Source: a virus. From it: DNA of 61,599 nucleotides. The stretch is from the IMG/VR virus record IMGVR_UViG_3300027908_000007; one strand, written 5' to 3'. Position numbers and translations under genes: made by a program. Positions 55,974 through 61,599 of this stretch are shown here, in pieces (the first letter of the stretch is position 1; the number at the start of each line of letters is the position of its first letter). The notes under the pieces are model-generated. The model was not told the DNA's origin, did not search any database, and saw nothing but the letters and a program-made list of their open reading frames with translations.

Positions 55974-56678
55974 ATGAACTCTATTTATGCAAGAGCACAT
56001 CGCCTCTTGAATCTTAAAGACTTCTCTACCTATCATCCCCCCGAAGATTGTGGAGAATGGACCTCTCTGCCACCAGATGAACGCCAGTACATTCTGAGAA
56101 TGTTAGTTCAGCGGCCTGGAGATCGCGGACTGTCATTGCCAGCCGAATTGCGTTGGCTAAAAGATGTCATCTTCAAGACATGGAATCTTCAAGAAGACAA
56201 CGGTCTGGCACCTTGGAGAGACTTCGTTTACGTCACCGTTCGGCACGGTCTTGTCACTTCTGAATTAGATGACGCTTGGCACGTCGATGGTTTTTCTATG
56301 CGATACCCGCACCGTCCAGAGCAGAATTACATTTGCTCGAATATCTTCCCGACCGAAGTTCTAAATCAGGCATTCGACATTCCTGCCGATTTTGATCCTC
56401 GCAGACACAACATTCACCTGTTCTTTCAAGACAATTCTGATTACAGCAAGGCATCTGGCCTGATTGCCAACAGGATCTTCCTGATAGATCCCTACATCGT
56501 CCACCGAAGGACCAACGTGCCAGTGAATGCTGTGCGGACGTTCTTTCGCATATCGTTCATACCCATCGAAATTGACGACGACAGTTGCACGCCAAATCCC
56601 TTGTTGCCTAGTAAGCGATACAGCCGCGACGGTGTGAAAGAATATCGCGACAAATTGATTCGATATGTGCGTTCCTAA
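55974..56678 (+). CDS. 2OG/Fe(II)-oxygenase-like (cupin/PhyH-like) protein candidate
   Basis: WHVDG (HxD), a downstream YIVHRR (distal His) and RTFFRISF (Arg-x-Ser). Preceded by the conserved upstream motif. Confidence 0.4.
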   Translation: MNSIYARAHRLLNLKDFSTYHPPEDCGEWTSLPPDERQYILRMLVQRPGDRGLSLPAELRWLKDVIFKTWNLQEDNGLAPWRDFVYVTVRHGLVTSELDDAWHVDGFSMRYPHRPEQNYICSNIFPTEVLNQAFDIPADFDPRRHNIHLFFQDNSDYSKASGLIANRIFLIDPYIVHRRTNVPVNAVRTFFRISFIPIEIDDDSCTPNPLLPSKRYSRDGVKEYRDKLIRYVRS

Positions 56679-56708
56679 TCCCTAAACCTGCTGACCCTAA
56701 GAGGAATC

Positions 56709-58157
56709 ATGTCTGGACAAAAACAGATCGTATTTTGCACGACGGTACGAAATCGTTTGGCTCACCTTCAGGCAACGCTCCCCGTCAATCTAGGCGGCAA
56801 TCCGTTAGCCAAATTCGTCGTCCTGAACTACAACTCTCCCGACAACCTTCTCGACTATCTCCGCGATATGTTCCAACCCGAGATCGAATCTGGCCGGCTC
56901 ACGGTCTACAGTTACTTCGACTCTCCCGTCTTTCAGATGGCGAAAGCCAAAAACATGGCACACCGCTGCGGCATCCTGGAGGGTGCCGATGTCCTCGTGA
57001 ACTTGGACGCCGATGGCTACGCCGGGGCCAACTTCGACCGCTTTATTCTCGACAAGTTCGAGGAACACGGCGAAGACATCCTCTTGCAGGCCATGTGGAA
57101 CCGCTGGGTGATGGGTAAACGCAAGAAGCGATGGGTATGCCAGGACGAGAACGGAACCTGCCTGCCGCCCGTTCCCAAGGGCAGTAACGGCCGCATGGTC
57201 GTCACGACGAAAGCCTTCTGGATGGCTGGAGGCTATGACGAGAAGTACAACACCTGGGGACCAGACGACAAGGACTTCAACATCCGCCTACGCCGACTCG
57301 GCATGGTCCCGCACTTGATCCCTCACGAGCACCTCGAGACAGTCCTGCACAACGACAAGGTGCGATTCCGAGACTACCCAGAGGCAAAGGACACGAAGAG
57401 CTATGAGTTCAGGATTTCGGTCCACGACTCAGAGGAGACGATAGCCAATTTCGGGAACGTCGGGTGCGGAAGAGTCTACAGGAACCTAGATCGTGGACAA
57501 GGACTGTTTGTTGAACGAGCAGAATGGATGGCCAAGAACAATCCTCGCATCGACATCGGCCCTATCCCTACCCGAGTCTTCGGTATCGGCATGCACAAGA
57601 CCGGAACGACCAGTCTTCACCACGCCTTCGAGATTCTGGGCTTCAAGTCGTCGCACTGGCCGAGTGCCCATTGGGCCAAGCAAGTCTTCACGGAGATGAA
57701 GTACAGCGGGCAATCGCCCCTCCTGGACAAATCCTACGCCGCCTGCGACCTGCCGATTCCGTTGCTCTACAAAGAGCTAGACAAGGCCTATCCAGGGTCG
57801 AAGTTCATCCTGACCGTGCGGAGCGAGGAATCGTGGTTACAGAGCGTGGAACGGCACTGGGACGAGCGGTTTAACCAGTATCGTTGCCGATGGGATACCG
57901 ACCCGTTCACGCATCGGGTTCACAAGGAACTATACGGGCAGAGGAACTTTGACCGGGAGGTGTTCTTGGCGAGGTATCGTCGGCACAATGCAGAGGTGCG
58001 TGAACACTTCAAGAATCGACCGGGAGACCTTCTGGACTTGAATCTGGAAAGCCTGCCATTCAAGACCTGTGCGTGCGAATGGGAGCCTCTCTGTGCGTTC
58101 CTGGGACATCCAGTGCCGAATGTGGAGTATCCGCAGAGCTATCGAACCGTGACGTGA
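56709..58157 (+). CDS. GT-A glycosyltransferase domain fused to a PAPS-type sulfotransferase domain
   Basis: The N-terminal half has VVLNYNSPD...NLDADGY...GGYDEKYNTWGPDDKDFNIRLRRLGM. The C-terminal half has GMHKTGTTSL (5'-PSB loop), FILTVRSEESW and YRRHNAEVREHF. Confidence 0.65.
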   Translation: MSGQKQIVFCTTVRNRLAHLQATLPVNLGGNPLAKFVVLNYNSPDNLLDYLRDMFQPEIESGRLTVYSYFDSPVFQMAKAKNMAHRCGILEGADVLVNLDADGYAGANFDRFILDKFEEHGEDILLQAMWNRWVMGKRKKRWVCQDENGTCLPPVPKGSNGRMVVTTKAFWMAGGYDEKYNTWGPDDKDFNIRLRRLGMVPHLIPHEHLETVLHNDKVRFRDYPEAKDTKSYEFRISVHDSEETIANFGNVGCGRVYRNLDRGQGLFVERAEWMAKNNPRIDIGPIPTRVFGIGMHKTGTTSLHHAFEILGFKSSHWPSAHWAKQVFTEMKYSGQSPLLDKSYAACDLPIPLLYKELDKAYPGSKFILTVRSEESWLQSVERHWDERFNQYRCRWDTDPFTHRVHKELYGQRNFDREVFLARYRRHNAEVREHFKNRPGDLLDLNLESLPFKTCACEWEPLCAFLGHPVPNVEYPQSYRTVT

Positions 58158-58179
58158 TCCACTTCGGTGGGGTGCCAGA

Positions 58180-58212
58180 CCTCTCCCCTTTCTATGCAGG
58201 TTGGGGGAGGGG
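58180..58212. terminator. hairpin between convergent genes (weak terminator candidate)
   Basis: CCTCTCCCC (58180-88) pairs with GGGGAGGGG (58204-12), 9 bp with one G:U pair and a 15-nt loop. No T-tract. Confidence 0.25.
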
Positions 58213-58217
58213 CTGGC

Positions 58218-58430
58218 TTATTCTCTCGTGACGCTTGATTTTGTCCAAGACATGACCGTTACTTTCTCTTCTCCATTCGGGGATATTTCGATTCTACCTC
58301 CCTGTTGGAGTGCTCGGAAAAGCGATGCCAGAAACTTCTCTTCCTGGAAGTCCACGGCTTCAAGGGTGATTCTTTTGCATCGCTTTTCGTAAGCGAATTT
58401 CTCGTCAGCGGGATTCACAATGGCTTTCAT
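58218..58430 (-). CDS. hypothetical protein
   Basis: 70-aa ORF with a GAGGG RBS. Confidence 0.5.
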   Translation of the reverse strand: MKAIVNPADEKFAYEKRCKRITLEAVDFQEEKFLASLFRALQQGGRIEISPNGEEKVTVMSWTKSSVTRE

Positions 58431-58572
58431 CTTTCACCCTCTCCGCTTCCAGCATCATCCTTGACGTCACGTCTGCCATCCGGTGGTAGCACTCGACCCG
58501 CTCGGCAGCCAGTTCCCTCATCTGCTGGTTGATCTGGCGTAGGCGGGCCTCTGCGGCGTCGTAGACGGTCAC
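58405..58572 (-). CDS. hypothetical coiled-coil protein
   Basis: ORF 58405..58596 trimmed to GTG 58572. It follows AGGAG and overlaps the upstream stop (GTGA). Confidence 0.45.
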   Translation of the reverse strand: MTVYDAAEARLRQINQQMRELAAERVECYHRMADVTSRMMLEAERVKDESHCESR

Positions 58573-58757
58573 AATTCTTTCTCCTGAGCTATCCATTCGG
58601 TCACGAACATATGCCCGCTTCCCTTGCCGACGCTGTCACTGTAGTCGGCGTCTAGTTGGCTGTTCGGTAGCCAGATTTCGTCATCGTCGATCAAAACGAG
58701 CACAGCCTTTTCGGTCGCTCGCAAGATGTCGTCGTACTCGACTTTAACCCATGCCAT
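58569..58757 (-). CDS. hypothetical protein (WLPNSQL motif)
   Basis: 62-aa ORF with a GAGGGAG RBS. Confidence 0.55.
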   Translation of the reverse strand: MAWVKVEYDDILRATEKAVLVLIDDDEIWLPNSQLDADYSDSVGKGSGHMFVTEWIAQEKEL

Positions 58758-58881
58758 TGATCTCCCTCACTGTTGATTGGTTTCGGACACGGAACGGATT
58801 ATCTTCGCCTCTGCTTTGCTTTTCATTCGGTATCCACGGAACCGAAATCGTCCTTGCGTCATCCAAGAGCACCAACGGCAT
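58741..58881 (-). CDS. small ORF (46 aa) resembling the N-terminus of 58569..58757
   Basis: Hand translation MPLVLLDDARTISVPWIPNEKQSRGEDNPFRVRNQSTVREINGMG. VLLDD...WIPNE echoes VLVLIDDDEIWLPNS. Confidence 0.3.
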
Positions 58882-58893
58882 CGGCAAGTGACT

Positions 58894-59115
58894 TTATGAA
58901 TGCGAATCATTTCCAAGTCCAAGCTCCCGATACTGAAGCTCCTGCCATTCTTCCACTCGTTTTCGGCATTCGTTCGAGCAGCAGTCCTCGTCGCATTCTA
59001 CGATGCAATCAAATTGCTTTTTACAGACGATGCACTCCCGAACGCATGGTGTAGCCGGTTCAGGCTGCGGATCGTCTTGTTCTTCGTAGTGATGTCGAAC
59101 GTCAAACCAACTCAT
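58894..59115 (-). CDS. small Cys-rich protein
   Basis: 73 aa; CVRECIVCKK...CIVECDEDCCSNEC. Confidence 0.5.
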   Translation of the reverse strand: MSWFDVRHHYEEQDDPQPEPATPCVRECIVCKKQFDCIVECDEDCCSNECRKRVEEWQELQYRELGLGNDSHS

Positions 59116-59152
59116 TTCTTACCCTCGTGCGGAATCGTCCAGAGACACTCAT

Positions 59153-59461
59153 TCACCTATTGGAAAGCCTGCTGGCCTCGTGATGCAAGCTTGCGGACAA
59201 TTTGAAAGCCTCGTGGGCATTCAGAGACAGAGTAACCTTGCCGAATTTGACCAGTATTTCTCCGTCGCGTGCCAAGTCATCCGTGTTGCTCGAAACCTCT
59301 ATTTCTTGATCGATGTAGGTCGTTCCTGAAGGTTCTTCGATTGGTTCTTGTCTGACTGGCCGCAACGACATGTTTCCACACTTGGGACATTTTTTGACGT
59401 TGTGGTATCTTTCGTCTAGAACGCAGTCGCACCACGAACAAGATACTTTTACGTATGGCAT
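59153..59461 (-). CDS. zinc-ribbon protein
   Basis: 102 aa; CSWCDC...CPKCG. Confidence 0.55.
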   Translation of the reverse strand: MPYVKVSCSWCDCVLDERYHNVKKCPKCGNMSLRPVRQEPIEEPSGTTYIDQEIEVSSNTDDLARDGEILVKFGKVTLSLNAHEAFKLSASLHHEASRLSNR

Positions 59462-59646
59462 TATTCGCCCATCCTCTTGAGGATAGCCTTGGCCATTTTC
59501 ACGGCATCGACTTCGTCTTCAAAGTGAATCGTGATTCCGTCAAGGTGAATCAAGAAGCCTTCGTTGCGTGACTCGGGATAGTTGTGGGCGATTCCATCCC
59601 TGTCTACGCTGAATTCGCAACCGCGTGCAAAGTTAAGAGCCGCCAT
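59461..59646 (-). CDS. hypothetical protein
   Basis: ORF 59461..59673 trimmed to ATG 59646 (MAALNFARG), preceded by GGAGG. Confidence 0.5.
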   Translation of the reverse strand: MAALNFARGCEFSVDRDGIAHNYPESRNEGFLIHLDGITIHFEDEVDAVKMAKAILKRMGE

Positions 59647-59926
59647 TTTCGTCCTCCAAGTCTTCCTGGTCACCTATCCCCAGGTAAAGCGACTCCCCTT
59701 CTGCTTCCAAAGCCAGAAGCGAACCAGCCAGAGAATTTCCTTTCGCGGCGGCATTGCGGATTTCATCCTTCCAGAGCGGCCGGCGATCCGATTCAGAGTT
59801 ACGTGGAGTTTGCTCCGATCCGGGGCATCTAGTTCCGTTGTTGGGGTATTTGTGGACAGGAACTAGCCGGTCAGCGTAAAGCTTCGGATAGGTCTTGCCG
59901 CAATGCGGACACATCATGAGAGCCAT
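59633..59926 (-). CDS. zinc-ribbon protein
   Basis: 97 aa; MCPHCGK...RCPG. Confidence 0.5.
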   Translation of the reverse strand: MALMMCPHCGKTYPKLYADRLVPVHKYPNNGTRCPGSEQTPRNSESDRRPLWKDEIRNAAAKGNSLAGSLLALEAEGESLYLGIGDQEDLEDENGGS

Positions 59927-60102
59927 GTTTCTTCCTCTCGGTACTTCTGGATTGCCGACTCAAGGATCTCGCGGGCCGGACGCCTCTCGACGAAAGCCTG
60001 CTCCTTTAGCCATTTCTTCACGTCTGGCAAAAGAGAAGTGCAGTAAGGAACTCTCTGCCTTCCCTTAGGACGCCCAGCCCTTGATTTCGCTTTCATGAAC
60101 AA
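59914..60102 (-). CDS. ribbon-helix-helix regulator (paralog of 18097..18291)
   Basis: GRPKGRQRVPYCTSLLPDVKKWLKEQAFVERRPAREILESAIQKY. First gene of the leftward block 60102->58218. Confidence 0.6.
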   Translation of the reverse strand: MFMKAKSRAGRPKGRQRVPYCTSLLPDVKKWLKEQAFVERRPAREILESAIQKYREEETWLS

Positions 60103-60157
60103 AGCATACGCGACATAAGTATTTTCGTCAATTCTTTTATTTCTTGCAATAAACGTA

Positions 60158-60186
60158 TTGACGCCAAAACGAAAGTAGCGTATTCT
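60158..60186 (+). promoter_or_regulatory. sigma70-like promoter candidate
   Basis: TTGACG (60158-63), 17 nt, TATTCT (60181-86), in the divergent region 60103-60227. Confidence 0.4.
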
Positions 60187-60227
60187 TTACTTCAGTGGAA
60201 GACACGAACGCCAAACGGGAGAAGAAA

Positions 60228-60449
60228 ATGCTGAAGACTCAAGTAGCCGAGAAGATGAGCCAGTGGAACCGCGAGGCCCTTTTATTCTGTGCAATGCACG
60301 GCCGCAAGGGTGGCTCATTCGAGATCAACGTGTGGGCCAACGGCAAGACGATGGTGGAAGTCCCAGGAGCACGCTGCAACCAAGCCATTACTCTCGAAGA
60401 CTTCGTGGAACTGAAGAACAGCGATTGGACGTTCTGCTACCGCCAGTAG
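60228..60449 (+). CDS. hypothetical protein
   Basis: ORF 60195..60449 trimmed to ATG 60228, preceded by GGGAGAAG. Confidence 0.55.
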   Translation: MLKTQVAEKMSQWNREALLFCAMHGRKGGSFEINVWANGKTMVEVPGARCNQAITLEDFVELKNSDWTFCYRQ

Positions 60450-60467
60450 AAATGATCGTAATCAGCA

Positions 60468-60492
60468 AGCCATCCTTCGGGGTGGCTTTTTT
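60468..60492 (+). terminator. rho-independent terminator
   Basis: AGCCATCC, TTCG loop, GGGTGGCT (8 bp), followed by TTTTT. Confidence 0.75.
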
Positions 60493-61096
60493 AGTTTGAT
60501 GGGGGTATAAATAAAGTGACCCGGAAAGCCCAACCAAAAGCCTTCCGGGTCGAGAGTCAAAACAGCAAGGTACAAGCATTCTATACCCATGAAGACTTTA
60601 CTTCAATACCGAATGCCTGTAGCGGTTTCTTCCGGTTTTCTTTCTCCGCGACCAAAAAGCAATTTCGTTAACCAGATCAGGCGGTTATATTCTCCCGCCA
60701 GAGGTCTCTCAGCCGATTCAAAGCTTCCCTCTACGCATGAGGTCTTCCCCCGCAACGGGCAGGTAGTTGATCCTGCTATACCATCGACGTCGGGGTCTAT
60801 GTCGCTACGCTTGGCTTCGGTTAGGCGTAGTTCCGAGGCACACAAAGAAGCTGCAAAAGTCGTGGCTGTCCTTTACCATTGGACAGTTTTTCGCTGCGGG
60901 CCATCAAAGATCCGGCAGTAGCCTTTTGGCTCCGTCCACCCTTGCTGTTGTTCGTTCGGGCCATGCAACCAAGAACCTTTTCCAAGCAGCATTAAACAGG
61001 TGCTGAGGAGAAGACTGGGATGATGGTCTATCTTGAGCATGACTTCACGGTTACACTGGTACGCTTTAGACCCTCAAGTCAAGCAAGGGGCTTAGC

Positions 61097-61273
61097 ATGT
61101 CCATCGGATTCATTTTCTGGCTCATCATGCTTCTGTGCATTCTGTTCGGCTTCTACTCGAACGGACCAGCCTTCAGGACCGGGAATTACGCACCGCTCGG
61201 GAATAGTCTGCTTTTGTTCATTCTGCTCTTCCTGCTTGGCTGGAAGGTATTCGGCTTCATTATTCAGGGGTAA
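61097..61273 (+). CDS. small two-TM membrane protein (58 aa)
   Basis: Hand translation MSIGFIFWLIMLLCILFGFYSNGPAFRTGNYAPLGNSLLLFILLFLLGWKVFGFIIQG; TAATG junction downstream. Confidence 0.55.
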   Translation: MSIGFIFWLIMLLCILFGFYSNGPAFRTGNYAPLGNSLLLFILLFLLGWKVFGFIIQG

Positions 61274-61596
61274 TGCCAATGCTATTCGCTCTCACCGACG
61301 ACACCTGGAAGCAAGTCATCGAATACGCCATAGGAACCGTCGTCACTGCCGTCATGCTCTACATGCAACAGAGGAACAACAAAGCCATCGAGGCCGTCGC
61401 CAAGACCGGCAAGGAAACCCACGAACTGGTCAACGGTGCCATGTCTTCCCAGCTCAAGCTGACCAGCGACGCTCTGACCAAGGTAGCCTCCATGACAAAC
61501 AAGCCGATGGACGTTGCTCTCGCGGAACTGGCGGCGAAAGCTACCCAGGAGCACGAAGCAAGGAAGGTGGAGAATAACTCAGGAAACGTGCCATGA
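61273..61596 (+). CDS. membrane-anchored coiled-coil protein
   Basis: 107-aa ORF with N-terminal TM IEYAIGTVVTAVMLYM. Its last 32 codons lie in the terminal repeat and are duplicated at 1..96. Confidence 0.6.
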   Translation: MPMLFALTDDTWKQVIEYAIGTVVTAVMLYMQQRNNKAIEAVAKTGKETHELVNGAMSSQLKLTSDALTKVASMTNKPMDVALAELAAKATQEHEARKVENNSGNVP

Positions 61597-61599
61597 ACG
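61501..61599. repeat. second copy of the 99-bp terminal direct repeat
   Basis: Identical to bases 1-99. Confidence 0.95.

Noticed and set aside
61020-61577. 185-aa plus-strand ORF
   Set aside because: It overlaps two well-formed, translationally coupled membrane-protein ORFs (61097..61273, 61273..61596) in another frame and is Arg/Ser/Cys-rich low-complexity sequence.
1-61599. CRISPR arrays, retron/DGR elements, transposons, rRNA
   Set aside because: I saw no regularly spaced direct repeats, no reverse transcriptase, no transposase or IS-like terminal inverted repeats, and no rRNA-like sequence. The repeats that are present are gene-boundary k-mers and protein-level paralogs.

Overview
The window is one complete tailed-phage genome. 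Bases 1-99 are identical to 61501-61599, so the sequence closes on itself (unit length 61,500 bp, from a circular assembly or terminal redundancy). It holds about 120 tightly packed ORFs in six strand blocks, mostly translationally coupled through ATGA, TAATG or GTGA junctions. Modules I could recognise: (i) A leftward operon at 1.7-5.0 kb with an RHH regulator, a ParB-N-domain protein and a PP-loop PAPS-reductase-like protein (an IbrB/IbrA- or DndB/DndC-like pair). (ii) A rightward early/recombination block at 5.2-16.5 kb: Sak4-like AAA ATPase, PD-(D/E)xK exonuclease, a ParB/HTH/zinc-finger protein, an SF2 helicase, two further nucleases, HNH, GNAT and many small CxxC proteins. It also contains a 340-nt ORF-free structured region with a tRNA-like RNA. 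(iii) Seven tRNA-like genes at 18.8-19.4 kb. Five are canonical cloverleafs carrying exactly the five leucine anticodons, but with short variable loops. (iv) A structural block: J-domain protein, T5orf172-type protein, small and large terminase, portal with a long C-terminal extension, and a MuF-like protein. It continues with a 958-aa prohead-protease / ART-like / Cys-rich / acidic scaffold fusion, two tandem HK97-fold capsid paralogs, and a glycosyltransferase-methyltransferase fusion. The tail end has connector, head-closure and tail-completion proteins, a pectate-lyase-type fibre, tail tube, G/GT chaperone with a G GGA AAG -1 slippery site, and a 412-aa tape measure (siphovirus-type). (v) A post-tail accessory block at 49-54 kb with an S53 sedolisin-type peptidase and several signal-peptide proteins, two carrying CxxCH motifs that resemble the planctomycete cytochrome-c domain. 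(vi) A 2OG/Fe(II)-oxygenase-like gene and a glycosyltransferase-sulfotransferase fusion at 56-58 kb. (vii) A leftward block of small proteins headed by a second, paralogous RHH regulator. I saw no integrase, transposase, DNA polymerase, CRISPR array, rRNA or recognisable endolysin. The host is probably a member of the Planctomycetota, inferred only from domain flavour. All functional calls come from motifs read by eye in the supplied translations and sequence; none was verified by a database search.
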